Shown here piece by piece: positions 38,471 through 48,751 of a stretch of DNA of 64,000 nt. The translations under genes were made by a program, and so were the position numbers. The DNA is taken from the NCBI GenBank assembly GCA_043823085.1, contig JBDRBE010000004.1:342780-406779 (forward strand). The letters are read 5' to 3'. The DNA comes from Candidatus Levyibacteriota bacterium. GTDB lineage: Bacteria > Patescibacteriota > Microgenomatia > Levybacterales > UBA12049. The notes below the pieces were generated by a model that was not told the DNA's origin, did no database searches, and was given only the letters and a program-made list of their open reading frames with translations. Every line of letters begins with the position of its first letter. Positions within the stretch are counted from its first letter, which is position 1.

Positions 38471-39718
38471 ATGGCAAACCCAAGAGAGGAAGAAAAACCT
38501 GTTCAACCATCGCTGGTTTATCAAATGAAAGCCACAATTTCAGGCGGTTTGCAAAACCTTGAAATGCTACCAGTGGGAGAAATTGTAGACCCAAAATTCA
38601 TTTACTTTCCCATGCTCATTATAGACGAAGATGCTTCTGAAATTTTAGGAGACAAAAAAATTCCGCTTGTCGTAGTTAAATTTCCAAAAAGCAATTATCA
38701 AGGGGAACTATTTGATTTATCAACCGAACACAATATTTGGGAGGATGAAGAAAGACTTAGGCTATATTGTTATTCAAACTCTAATACTCTAGTCATAGAC
38801 TTACAGCTTCCCAAATTAGTCGACGATGATGGCTACCAGGCCTCTTTTGACAGAGATGACGTTTATGGTGAAAACCCCAATGTTATAATGATTCCGGGGA
38901 CAATCGGAGCACCAGAAGATATTTTACTAGTTGCCTTGGACGGCGAAAGAATAGGCTGCACGACCGTCTTCTTTCCAGAAAACTGGAGAAAAGCTGTAAA
39001 AAATGGAGGACTGGATGAAGAAACGCCAACAGCAGATGATTTCGCTCCGCTAAATTTTTTTGCAGGAATCACGGAAACTCCACCCACGTGTGCAAAAATG
39101 ATTGAACCGACTCGTGAAGAAACTCCTAAACCAAAAAAGTCGGAGACTCTCCGAGATTTTGTGGCAAGACTTCAAGACGGCGAAAGCTTTCCCTTATTTA
39201 ACGTTCCTGGAATAGTTGTCGAAGAAGGGACAAGAGTGGCAGTTTTGGGGAAAAATCCTGGAACTGATATTAGATTCGTAAACAATGATAATTTTGTCAG
39301 GCTTACATTTTACGATTTAAATTTAGAAACAGTTTGGGAATTATCAAAAAAAGATGCCTTAAAACCAGATGATCTTTTATCTTGTTTCGAAAGAAATAAC
39401 CAAAGACAAGGTCAACTGATTATAGAAATAAAAAAAACAGAGGAAGGTATCTCTTGAAAAGATGTTATAAGAGAATTAAATGCGGCAACGATTTGGGAAG
39501 ATACATTTATTCCGGCATTAAATTTAACTGTCTGCACCCGCGAAGGCCTGACTAACCTTTTATCGAAAATGGCACCTCCTTCCCCACCAGATTATTGGGA
39601 ACAACGCGCTTTTGAAAAACAGGTTCAAAAGGATTTGGGAGAAATAAGACGTGAAGAAGAAGCAAGAGAACGGAGACGATTTAGACCTCCTCAAAGAGGA
39701 TACCGCAGACATTGGTAA
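38471..39718 (+). pseudogene. Orphan family paralogue 2 with in-frame TGA at 39455-39457
   Basis: The frame stays open 86 codons past the TGA and ends RRFRPPQRGYRRHW, resembling the C-terminus of paralogue 1. Confidence 0.65.
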
Positions 39719-39770
39719 CAAACTAATCCACCTTGACGGCAAAAATAACTTGTGCTAATATCCCTTCCAT

Positions 39771-40955
39771 ATGATTCAACTAGCCGAAAGAGGGCTTGAT
39801 ACTGGGGTTTCCCAAGAACACAATCCTCAACAGATAAGGACAGAGTGCGTCAATCGCATAGAAAGCACCTTAAGGAGAATAGGCTCATTATCAAAAGAAC
39901 ACATAAAACCTTCCGATATTTCTGCGCCTCCCATAACTTACAGCAATTCATTAAAAGCTTTTGCTAATCTTAACTGCCCGGTATTGACAGAAACCGGCTT
40001 GATAATTATGCATCAACCCGCTAAAAAATCAAACAAAGACGGACAATCTGTCTGCTTAACAACAAGGATATTAGCAACGAAAGATTCGCCAACACGCGTA
40101 AGGGTTGATACTCAAGGTTTTCTCACTAAACGATATAATCTTACTCTGCCGCCTTTAGAGGCTAATCTATTGGCGTGGGAATTTCGCGTAAACAAAGCTG
40201 ATGAAAGCGGAGATTTCGAAGGGGATATGGACAATAATGCTCCTTTGGGCAAAAAAGATGGTCGTGAGCAAGTTTTATTAATTGTTATTAAACCTAAAGG
40301 CAAACATCTTCTTACATCTGTTTTAATGCCAAAAAATTGGCGTGAAGCATTCAATAAAAATGGACAGCTCATACCTCTTGAACCAAAAAAAGTAGAAGCC
40401 CCCGCCGTCCCCGCCTCTGCTGCAATTATTCACACAGAAACACCAACACCTACTACTGTATTTTCCGCGACATCGCCTACAGAGAGAGAAAAACCAAAAC
40501 TGATTTCCACTTTTACCCAACTCTTGGCCACGCTTGAACAATGTTCAAGAGAAACCGCTAAAAATAGAAACCGAAGAGCTGTGTTAGAGGGCCCAAATAC
40601 TAATGTATCAACTTCCAAAGATCCAAAAAACCCGGGAATGATTTGTACTTTTCATGGCCTCTCTCGAAATGATGCTTTACAACTCATCCGGAATACATAT
40701 CCAGACATAAATGACCTCATACATTGTTTTTCCAAAACTACGAATGTAAATGACAGCCTGGTTATTAAGTTTACAAAAGATCCAAGAGCAGACAATTTTG
40801 GAGTGACTTTTGCAATTAGGTCCCCGAGAAAGGCAAATAGCATACGAGCCAAAAATTCACGACAGATAGTTGGAAAAATCAGTCTTATCTTAGAAAGACA
40901 AGTTCTCTCTGACTTTCTTTCTCACCTAAAACCACCCAGCGGAGGGAAAAACTAA
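39771..40955 (+). CDS. Orphan family paralogue 3
   Basis: MPKNWREAF, VLEGPNTNV, CTFHGL, LIHCF, LVIKF. Confidence 0.75.
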   Translation: MIQLAERGLDTGVSQEHNPQQIRTECVNRIESTLRRIGSLSKEHIKPSDISAPPITYSNSLKAFANLNCPVLTETGLIIMHQPAKKSNKDGQSVCLTTRILATKDSPTRVRVDTQGFLTKRYNLTLPPLEANLLAWEFRVNKADESGDFEGDMDNNAPLGKKDGREQVLLIVIKPKGKHLLTSVLMPKNWREAFNKNGQLIPLEPKKVEAPAVPASAAIIHTETPTPTTVFSATSPTEREKPKLISTFTQLLATLEQCSRETAKNRNRRAVLEGPNTNVSTSKDPKNPGMICTFHGLSRNDALQLIRNTYPDINDLIHCFSKTTNVNDSLVIKFTKDPRADNFGVTFAIRSPRKANSIRAKNSRQIVGKISLILERQVLSDFLSHLKPPSGGKN

Positions 40956-40957
40956 TT

Positions 40958-41521
40958 ATGGCAGCACCACAAGAAGCACCAAAAAAAAATTGTATTTCAG
41001 AAGGAATTTCTCCAGCAAGTCTTTTTTTAGCGGAAGTTACAAGTTCATTTGGAGGCCCGATTAATGCAAGGCAAATTTGTAACCCAGAACTAAAATGCAA
41101 TTCTGCTACCGATATAAGACTTTGTCGAACACACGGTGTCGGTCAATTACCTGAAATAATTGTAATCTCTTCCGATTTAAAAGAAATAAATGAATCAGAA
41201 AACAATTCCTTATCTGTTTTTGTTACGTATGTTAATGAGTTTTGTATTGATCTCTCGGGTTGTCTAGCTAAAAGAACTCCCTTAATTAAACTAGATCTTA
41301 TCGTAAGACGCGATGAAGTTTTTTTTCAATTAGCAAGAATTCGCGATACTTCTTGGATAAGAATTTTACCGGAGGGTAGAATCTGTTTTTCAAGCAAGGG
41401 AACGGTTTTAGGAATAAAAGAAGACTCTGGTAAATTTACAATTTCAGCAATTGATATTGATCCTTTATTGATTGAAGAGGTTTTTGACTACGATGGCAAA
41501 CTAGATCTTTCTGAAAATTAA
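40958..41521 (+). CDS. Hypothetical protein
   Basis: 187-aa ORF with GGAGG upstream. Confidence 0.6.
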   Translation: MAAPQEAPKKNCISEGISPASLFLAEVTSSFGGPINARQICNPELKCNSATDIRLCRTHGVGQLPEIIVISSDLKEINESENNSLSVFVTYVNEFCIDLSGCLAKRTPLIKLDLIVRRDEVFFQLARIRDTSWIRILPEGRICFSSKGTVLGIKEDSGKFTISAIDIDPLLIEEVFDYDGKLDLSEN

Positions 41522-42150
41522 TACTCACTCCTTCCTTCCATGGCGCGTTGGAGAGTTAATTCGTCGGCGTATTCAATATCTGAACCGGTGGGCAGTCCCC
41601 TGCCAATTCGTGTTATTGTTAATTGTTGATTGTTGATTGTTGATTGTTGGCGAAGTTGCTTCGCCAAGTACATCGCCGTCGCCTCCCCTTCCATGGTCGG
41701 ATTCGTCGCCAGTATTATCTCGCGGACTAATGCTGAACTCGAACGCGGAACCGCGCCGACTCGCTCTAGCAGTTGGTGAATATAAATTTCATCCGGGCCG
41801 ATATTGTTGAGCGGATCAATCCTCCCATGGAGGACATGATAAACGCCGTTATACCTGCCGTTTTTTTCCAGCGCCAAAACATCCAAGGGCTCTTCAACCA
41901 CACAAATAGTTGAATCATCTCTTTTCTCATCAGAACAAATATTACAGGGGTCTTGCTCCCCTATCATAAAACATTTCGAACATAAGACCGTATCTTTTTT
42001 CAAATTGATAATAGATGAAGAAAATCTATCCAGTTCACCTTGAGGAACATGCAGTAAATAAAATGTTAGCCTCTGCGCTGTTTTTGGCCCAATTCCCGGC
42101 AGTCTTTCAAAGGACTCAATCAAATTCGCAATTGCTTTTGGGACTCTCAT
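41518..42150 (-). CDS. recR: Recombination mediator RecR
   Basis: LPGIGPKTAQRL, C4 finger, ATNPTMEGEATA, GSDIEYAD. Confidence 0.97.
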   Translation of the reverse strand: MRVPKAIANLIESFERLPGIGPKTAQRLTFYLLHVPQGELDRFSSSIINLKKDTVLCSKCFMIGEQDPCNICSDEKRDDSTICVVEEPLDVLALEKNGRYNGVYHVLHGRIDPLNNIGPDEIYIHQLLERVGAVPRSSSALVREIILATNPTMEGEATAMYLAKQLRQQSTINNQQLTITRIGRGLPTGSDIEYADELTLQRAMEGRSEY

Positions 42151-42151
42151 A

Positions 42152-42295
42152 TTGGAATTCTTGAAGTCAGATTTCCTTGACGTTTTTGATCTTGATTCGT
42201 CAGCTGACGAATTGAAGTCTTGAAGTCTTGATATCTAGAAATCAAATTATCAAGAAATCAAGTTCAAGAAAATCCCACTTCTATCTTCAATGATT
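42152..42295. repeat. Intergenic repeat with TTCGTCAGCTGACGAA core
   Basis: Near reverse complement of 48752-48890. Confidence 0.85.
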
Positions 42296-43213
42296 CTATT
42301 TTTTTATTTCTTCGGCGATAATATCAGCGACTGTTAGAATTTGCAGTTTGGGAAATCTTTTTTCTCTTGGACAATAAACCGTATCTGTCACAAAAAATTT
42401 CTTCACTGCCGATTTTTGCAAAATTTTTGGCGCACTCTTTGAAAATACTGAATGCGTCACAAAAACATAAACTTCCTTTATCCCCAATTTTCGGAGAAGT
42501 TTTGTCGCGGTAATTATTGTTCCTCCAGATGAAATCATATCATCAACAATAAACGCCCTTTTAATTTGCTTTAAACTGATATTTTCCAAACCCTCAATTT
42601 TATCTGCTGTCACTTGTCCGGTTTCCAAATTTCTGCTTTTGACAATCGCGCCAAAAAACATATCATTTAACATTTGCGAAAGCAATTTTATCCGTCTTAA
42701 TCCTCCCATATCCGGTGAAATCAAAAGGCTCTGCGAATTATTCCATTTATTTTTTTTAATTGTTTTGGCAAAAAGAGAAAGCGCAGAAAGATGAATAATC
42801 GGCATATGAAAAAGCTCGGGAATTTTAATAGAGTGGAGGTCAAAACAGATAAGTTTATCCATCCCCATCGCTTCTAAAGTTTTGATAATAACTTCCAAAG
42901 ACACCGCCTCGCCTGTTCTAAAAAGATGATCCTGCCTTTGATAACCAAGATACGGAATAACAGCGGTAATTGATTTTGCGCCGCTTCTTCTTAGAGCATC
43001 GACAATAAAAAAAAGCTCCATGTAATTTTGGTCAACAGGCGTACAGCAACTTTGCAAAACAACGCATTTTTGGTCTAAAACTTTGTCAATAATTCGAACG
43101 CGTTTTTCGCCGTCCGGGAAGATATATATTTCCAGAGGTGTTGGACTTGTGCTTAATTTACCTGCGAGTTTTTTTCCAAGTGTCTTACTGGAACTACCGC
43201 TTATAATCTTCAC
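42296..43213 (-). CDS. prs: Ribose-phosphate pyrophosphokinase
   Basis: FPDGE, PYLGYQRQD, DLHS, SPDMGG, VDDMISSGGT; GTG start at 43213. Confidence 0.95.
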   Translation of the reverse strand: MKIISGSSSKTLGKKLAGKLSTSPTPLEIYIFPDGEKRVRIIDKVLDQKCVVLQSCCTPVDQNYMELFFIVDALRRSGAKSITAVIPYLGYQRQDHLFRTGEAVSLEVIIKTLEAMGMDKLICFDLHSIKIPELFHMPIIHLSALSLFAKTIKKNKWNNSQSLLISPDMGGLRRIKLLSQMLNDMFFGAIVKSRNLETGQVTADKIEGLENISLKQIKRAFIVDDMISSGGTIITATKLLRKLGIKEVYVFVTHSVFSKSAPKILQKSAVKKFFVTDTVYCPREKRFPKLQILTVADIIAEEIKK

Positions 43214-43255
43214 AACAGTTATTGTACTATGTGTCGAAAAAAAATCAATAAGCAA

Positions 43256-43534
43256 TTAACGCCCAAGTAGTCCTCCGAGTCCTCCGCCCATTTGGGAAAG
43301 TTTACGTGCTGCCACTTCTTGGGACTTTTTAATGGCTTCGTTAACCGCCTCTTTAATATCGTTATCGGACTTTCCATTTGACGATAATTCTTTTATTTTT
43401 TGATCGCCGCTTATTACGACATTAACGCCATTTTTTTCAACCGTAACTTCTTCTCCTTGAAGCTGTTTTTGAATTTCCATGGCCTGATCGCGCATTTTCT
43501 TTAAATCGCCTAATTGTTGAAATGGATTCATCAT
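43256..43534 (-). CDS. ybaB: Nucleoid-associated protein YbaB/EbfC
   Basis: QAMEIQKQL..V.VVISGDQKI..AVNEA; lies between dnaX and recR. Confidence 0.9.
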   Translation of the reverse strand: MMNPFQQLGDLKKMRDQAMEIQKQLQGEEVTVEKNGVNVVISGDQKIKELSSNGKSDNDIKEAVNEAIKKSQEVAARKLSQMGGGLGGLLGR

Positions 43535-43554
43535 AAAAATCACCCCCTACTGTT

Positions 43555-43700
43555 TAGATTTCTTGACGTGAGATATTTTTGATATTCTTGATCTTGATTC
43601 GTCAGCTGACGAATTGAAGTCTTGAAATCTTGATATCTTGAGTTCAAGAAATCAAAAATTCAAGTTCAAGAAAATCCCACTTCTCACTTCAAAAATTCTA
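43555..43700. repeat. Intergenic repeat with TTCGTCAGCTGACGAA core
   Basis: Matches 42152-42295. Confidence 0.85.
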
Positions 43701-43704
43701 ATTA

Positions 43705-45249
43705 CTATTTCTGTTTTAGTGAAATTGAAACGTCGATTGGGCTTCCTATAATTTGTTTACAAACCTTTTCTATAATATCACGAGTTTTTCTTTCTTCCAA
43801 GCGCTCTTTATGAAACTTATATCCGGCTTCTATGGCAAGATTTTTCCCGTCAAAACTTTTTAAAGTACATCCTCTTAGAACTCCTGCCACCGAATGATTG
43901 TAGGGCTTGACCAAATCAATAAGCTGTTTTAGGACATTTTTTTCGTCAAATATTCCGGGTTGATTAATCGCAGGATTCGATAACACTTCTTCTTTCTCCA
44001 CCTTTTTGTCGCGGAAAGACGCAGAACCGGACGCCAAACTACGCTGACTTTGAACATCTTGGTTTTGATTATTAGTTTCGCGTTTTTCTGCATTTTGTTC
44101 CGCATTCTTCTGCGCCTGTATTCCCCACTCCACAATTGCAATTTCAAGCGGCAATTGCGGCAGGACCGCATATTTTATTTCTCCATACGCCTTTGCCAAA
44201 ATTTCAATCAAAGACTTAATTTCATTAAGTTCTAAATTATAAGTTACAAGTCCTAAGTTATTTTCTACACCGACTTTTGATAATAAATTTAAATGCAGTT
44301 GGGAAATCATTTCTGATATAAAATATTTAACATCTATCCCCTCTTTTGTAATTCTTGATACCAATTCTAAGCTTTTTTTAGTGTCTTTTTTAGAAAGATA
44401 GTCCAACATCTTTGATACTTGATACTTGATACTTGATACTTGATATTTCTCCTCCACCAATTCTTTGGTAATCTTTTTTTTATTGGACATTAAAACAAGT
44501 TCTTCTAAGATTTTTACACCGTCGCGAAAACTGCCGTCGGACAATGAGGCAATATATTTTAGTTCTTCTTTTTCTATTGGAATATTTTCCTCTTTGGCAA
44601 TCCGCGAGAATGAACGCAGAAGTTCTTCTTGGGTCGCTCTCTTAAAAGAAATATGAAAACAACGCGAAAGGATAGTCGCCGGAACTTTTTGCGGTTCCGT
44701 GGTACAAAGAATAAAAACAGCATGACTCGGCGGCTCTTCTAAAGTTTTTAAAAGCGCATTAAAAGCTTCTGTGGTCAACATGTGAACTTCATCAATAATG
44801 TAAACTTTTTTAGAAGCCAGAGCAGGCGAAAGCCGTATTTTCTCACGCAAATCTCTTATCTCATCAATCCCTCTATTTGATGCTCCGTCTATTTCCAAAA
44901 CATCTAAATTTGTGCCATTAGTAATAGATTTACATTGCAAGCATTTATTACAAGGCTCAATACTAGCATCTAGCGTATACCTGCCTGCCGGCAAGGCAGG
45001 GCGTTTAGCGTTTAGTTTTTTTTCTTTTGAACTAGACACTAATTTATTAGACGCTAGACGCTCGCAATTGAGGATTTTTGCGACAATTCTGGCGGTTGAA
45101 GTTTTTCCAAGTCCTTTAGGTCCGGTAAAAAGAAAAGCGTGTTGTTCTGATTTTTGATCGCCGGAAAAAACAGCGGTTAATTTTTCTCTAATTTCTTGAC
45201 TATCAAGATCTTTAATTTTTTGCGGCCGATATTTTCGATAATAAACCAT
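43705..45249 (-). CDS. dnaX: DNA polymerase III subunit gamma/tau
   Basis: YRKYRPQ, GPKGLGKTS, IIDEVHML, LLKTLEEPP, SRC; several repeat inserts. Confidence 0.97.
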   Translation of the reverse strand: MVYYRKYRPQKIKDLDSQEIREKLTAVFSGDQKSEQHAFLFTGPKGLGKTSTARIVAKILNCERLASNKLVSSSKEKKLNAKRPALPAGRYTLDASIEPCNKCLQCKSITNGTNLDVLEIDGASNRGIDEIRDLREKIRLSPALASKKVYIIDEVHMLTTEAFNALLKTLEEPPSHAVFILCTTEPQKVPATILSRCFHISFKRATQEELLRSFSRIAKEENIPIEKEELKYIASLSDGSFRDGVKILEELVLMSNKKKITKELVEEKYQVSSIKYQVSKMLDYLSKKDTKKSLELVSRITKEGIDVKYFISEMISQLHLNLLSKVGVENNLGLVTYNLELNEIKSLIEILAKAYGEIKYAVLPQLPLEIAIVEWGIQAQKNAEQNAEKRETNNQNQDVQSQRSLASGSASFRDKKVEKEEVLSNPAINQPGIFDEKNVLKQLIDLVKPYNHSVAGVLRGCTLKSFDGKNLAIEAGYKFHKERLEERKTRDIIEKVCKQIIGSPIDVSISLKQK

Positions 45250-45325
45250 AAACTAAAAATTTCTAAGTTCTAATTTCTAATTGACCTAAATAATTTAGAA
45301 ATTAGGTTAATTAGGTTAATTTTTA

Positions 45326-45715
45326 TTATTCCTCATGATGTATTCCTAATAAATGTAATAGGCCATGTTGCACCAATTCGTCGATTTTTTCGTCAACAAG
45401 GACCTCTTCGAGTGCCGCTTCTTGGATAACTTTTGGATAAGAAACTACAACGTCGCCCAATCGAAGTGTGTCTGTTGGCAAAACCCCTGCTTCTCCCTCG
45501 TTTAGAGAAAAAGACAACACATTGGTCGCCATATCTTTTCCTTTATATTTTTTATTGAGGCTTCTCATTTTTCGGTTTCCAACAATTGCGACCGAAACCT
45601 CTGCCGGCCCAACAACTCCCTGCTCTTTTAATAAAGTTTTTACAGCAGTTGTAATGCGTTTGCGGTTGACCTGATATCTTGATTCAACGAAAATTAAAAT
45701 CTTAAAATTGTCCAT
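45326..45715 (-). CDS. ybeY: rRNA maturation RNase YbeY
   Basis: TNVLSF, LGDVVVS, HGLLHLLGIHH. Confidence 0.95.
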   Translation of the reverse strand: MDNFKILIFVESRYQVNRKRITTAVKTLLKEQGVVGPAEVSVAIVGNRKMRSLNKKYKGKDMATNVLSFSLNEGEAGVLPTDTLRLGDVVVSYPKVIQEAALEEVLVDEKIDELVQHGLLHLLGIHHEE

Positions 45716-45893
45716 AAGCCCTTTTTGCCGCTCTTCTGGCATCTTCTTTTTTCTGCTTTCGGGCTAAAGATGGTTTAAGATAAAATCCTCGTCTTTTTGC
45801 TTCCTGCAAAATTCCTTCTGCCATTACTTTTCTGGAGAATTTACGAATAAGTCCTTCGTCGCTATCTCCAGGCATTTTTTTAACAATTACCAT
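45702..45893 (-). CDS. rpsU: 30S ribosomal protein S21
   Basis: LIRKFSRKV..EGILQEAKRRGFYLKPS. Confidence 0.92.
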   Translation of the reverse strand: MVIVKKMPGDSDEGLIRKFSRKVMAEGILQEAKRRGFYLKPSLARKQKKEDARRAAKRAYGQF

Positions 45894-45945
45894 AATAAAA
45901 AACACCCCCTCCGAAAATACTACCAATCTTCAATATCTCAATAAA

Positions 45946-46077
45946 GGCGAGGAAACAAATTTTCGCAAGTTGCGAAGAATCATCAAAGACTTTCAAGGTT
46001 ATATGAGATACTAATAACGCAACCAATATCCAATAATCTAAAAAGAACCGGCGACAAGAAAATTTTGTTTCCGAGCC
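45946..46077. repeat. Long hairpin (MITE-like) repeat, subfamily B
   Basis: ggcgaggaaacaaattttcgcaagttgcgaa ... gcgacaagaaaattttgtttccgagcc. Confidence 0.75.
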
Positions 46078-46183
46078 GTTTAAATTTCTCTATATATGAC
46101 CTGTGCTAGATGTCTCGTTCTATTCTACTCCAAGAAGTCAGCGGTGTAAATAGCCCGAAGTATTTTCTTTTAATGTGAGACAG

Positions 46184-46355
46184 TCAGTCTTTTAAAGGCG
46201 GCCGCATTCCAAGAGAGATATGCGGTCGTTTCTTGCGATAGTATACCAGATAATTCTCAACCTCTTTGGTTAAAACAGGTAATTCTTTTAATTTATATTT
46301 TGTCCAACCTAAACATTCCTTTCTCAAGCTCCTGTTAAAACTCTCAATAAGTATC
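46184..46355 (-). pseudogene. C-terminal remnant of a DDE (integrase-core, IS481/IS3-like) transposase
   Basis: IESFNRSLRKECL...Y..KRPHISLGMRPP; the rest of the gene is absent. Confidence 0.8.
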
Positions 46356-46504
46356 TGCCGGAAAGGTCTTGAAAAGCCATAACCGTTCAATAAAACCTTT
46401 CTAATTAAAAGTATATCAGAAAATTTTCGACGAAAAATTCAAAGGACCAAAGACTCAAAGAAACTAAAATCCAAAAACGAAGTGTCAAAAAATTCAAGAA
46501 CTAA

Positions 46505-47125
46505 TTACTTGCGAGGAGAAACGACAAACCCAACTCCAAGATCCCACCGGTCATCAAGGTCAGCATAAAGAGCACCCAACCACAACCCGTCCTCGTAGCG
46601 TACAACATACAAGACATCCGGACCGCCGCTCGAGTCAGTAACGGGTTCCATGACTCCAACCAAAGGTTTTCCTGTTTCAACATGGATATTGCCTTTTACT
46701 GCTTCTATTGCAATTTTTAACATTGCTTCCGCAGAAACCTTGTCTCCAAACTCTTCTGCTTTTCCCCAAACTTGCTTGGTTGTTGGATAATCACTACGTA
46801 TTCCCATGGTGCGGGCATCCATGACTACGGGATTTAGGGGTTCTTGGGGAGCAGTAGACCCTCTTTGAAGAATATATCTTCCCCAAATTCCGAGCCTTAG
46901 CCCTTCTGTGGAATCTGCCAATTTTTCCATATCTCCATTACTCATACCTGCCGTTTCAATTTCGGGGAGACGAATTGCTCCTTCAGGAAAAGGAGAAACT
47001 TTTAAAAGCCTCTCTAAACCTCTTTGTCTTGCAATTTTTGCCAATCCAAAAAGCCCTTTAGAAATATCTTCATTGCCAAAACGGCCATTAAATTCTTTAG
47101 CTAATTTTTCTAAATCTGCTGCCAT
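46505..47125 (-). CDS. Hypothetical protein
   Basis: 206-aa ORF, ATG shortly after a TATGAT -10 box; C-terminal 'MEPVTDSSGGPDVL..DGLWL'. Confidence 0.7.
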   Translation of the reverse strand: MAADLEKLAKEFNGRFGNEDISKGLFGLAKIARQRGLERLLKVSPFPEGAIRLPEIETAGMSNGDMEKLADSTEGLRLGIWGRYILQRGSTAPQEPLNPVVMDARTMGIRSDYPTTKQVWGKAEEFGDKVSAEAMLKIAIEAVKGNIHVETGKPLVGVMEPVTDSSGGPDVLYVVRYEDGLWLGALYADLDDRWDLGVGFVVSPRK

Positions 47126-47145
47126 TGAAAGTAGATGTTATCATA

Positions 47146-47511
47146 CTATGAGTTGATTGTCAATACCTCGGCGATTTTGGTAAAGTCTTTGGTGGCAAAT
47201 TTTGGCGGTTTTTTGTAATGAGGAGTTAAATGGACATGAGCGTGAGGCACATCAATTCCAATAACTCCCATCTGTATCCAATCTGCTCCTAATTTTTCCT
47301 TTAATAAAAGCGCAATTTCCTTAACCTTTTGGAAATACTCGGAGTAATTTTCCACCTCCCAAACCCACTCGTAATGTTTTTTTGGAATCACCAGCGTATG
47401 TCCGACGCCAAACGGATTAATGTCTAAAAAAGCAAGAAAATCCTTATCCTCATAGACCTTATAGCTTGGCAATTCACTTTTGACAATTTTACAAAAAACA
47501 CAACCTGTCAT
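47146..47511 (-). CDS. HIT family nucleotide hydrolase
   Basis: CVFCKIV, AFLDINP, GHTLVIPKKH, VPHAHVH; ATG 47511. Confidence 0.95.
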   Translation of the reverse strand: MTGCVFCKIVKSELPSYKVYEDKDFLAFLDINPFGVGHTLVIPKKHYEWVWEVENYSEYFQKVKEIALLLKEKLGADWIQMGVIGIDVPHAHVHLTPHYKKPPKFATKDFTKIAEVLTINS

Positions 47512-47608
47512 TGCTTCATTGCTGCATTGCTCCATTGTTATCTTTAGCAATGGAACAATTGAACAATCCAACAATGTTCTTTTAAAACGACTGTGCCTTT
47601 TAATTCTA

Positions 47609-48676
47609 TTATATTTTTTCTAAAACTTGAATAATCTGTTTTAAAGTTAATCTTGATGCTCTCATTTTTGGGTTTTTGGCACTGCCGTTTAGAAGCATTT
47701 TCTTTGATACGTGCAAAAACCACGATGCTTGCGGATCCATTTTTTTGAATTTTTCATAAACCAAAGTCAGATCTGCTCCTTTTTCTCCGCTGACACTGGG
47801 CCGCGCTTTTATCCTTACATATCCTTTTCTCGGATCGCGTCTTACAACTATTGCATACCCCATTTTTTGCGCCAATTTTATAACCGAGTCATTAACTGTC
47901 TCAACACCCAAACCTTTCCCCCATCTTGTCTTAAACTCAATTCCTTTCTCGGCGATTTCTTTTTCGGCCCAAACTCTGTTTTCAAAATCATGTAAAATTG
48001 CATCAAGGCACTGCGAAATAAAATCAACATAAAAATTATCATCATTTGGCTTTTCAAGTTTCAACCCGTCTAAAATTCCTAAAATTGCAAAATCATGATA
48101 AAAAGCCGTAGGATTTTCCCACAAAGCTTCTCTAAAATGATCAATATCTGTCACAACCTTTACAATTCTACCTATGGCTTCGCTCTTGTCTTTCATTCTC
48201 TCGCTCTCCGAACTTTGAACTTTGCCCTGAACTTGTCGGATGGATGAATTTTGAACTTTCTTGATGTAGTCCCAAACCAAACTGGATGCGCTGATGCTTT
48301 CATCGGAAGTTAAATGATGGTCCAAAGGTCCAAGTCCAGTATCAACATGAATCATTTCGTTGTCATCAATCTTCTCGATAGCATCTAAAGAAGAATTTTT
48401 GCCGCGGGGAGGCACAAAATTTTCGCTGTTCGCATCTTGTCGAGCGCCAATGCGTTGATGAACGCCTTGAGACTCATCGCGAGACAACTGCGGAACAAGA
48501 AAATTTTCGTGCCGACCTAAGCGGCTCAAACCCTCTTTTCCTCTCACTCGCAACCTTTCTCCCGATAAAACAAATCTCACTTCTGCATTTTCCCATCCTG
48601 CTAAAAATCTTTTTGTCAACCAAACCGAGCAAATCGCATCTAAATCAGGAGAAGTATGGGTAACAACAATTTTCAT
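47609..48676 (-). CDS. DHH/MYG1-like phosphoesterase with in-frame MITE insertion
   Basis: VTHTSPDLDA, DHH; insert at 48401-48525. Confidence 0.75.
   Translation of the reverse strand: MKIVVTHTSPDLDAICSVWLTKRFLAGWENAEVRFVLSGERLRVRGKEGLSRLGRHENFLVPQLSRDESQGVHQRIGARQDANSENFVPPRGKNSSLDAIEKIDDNEMIHVDTGLGPLDHHLTSDESISASSLVWDYIKKVQNSSIRQVQGKVQSSESERMKDKSEAIGRIVKVVTDIDHFREALWENPTAFYHDFAILGILDGLKLEKPNDDNFYVDFISQCLDAILHDFENRVWAEKEIAEKGIEFKTRWGKGLGVETVNDSVIKLAQKMGYAIVVRRDPRKGYVRIKARPSVSGEKGADLTLVYEKFKKMDPQASWFLHVSKKMLLNGSAKNPKMRASRLTLKQIIQVLEKI
48401..48525. repeat. Subfamily A long hairpin located inside a CDS
   Basis: Arms match 21649-21801 and 36032-36180. Confidence 0.88.
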
Positions 48677-48751
48677 ATACTGTAAGTATACAAAAAATTC
48701 AAACTCTTGACAAACTTTTAAAAATGTTACAATATATTATTATACCGAATT

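Noticed and set aside
39455-39457. TGA recoding (genetic code 25 or 4) or selenocysteine
   Set aside because: TGA ends conserved genes at their expected termini (15548, 49343, 62214), and long genes read through without TGA; no sel genes or SECIS seen.
46184-46390. Active IS element
   Set aside because: Only about 55 C-terminal codons remain and no paired terminal inverted repeats were found.
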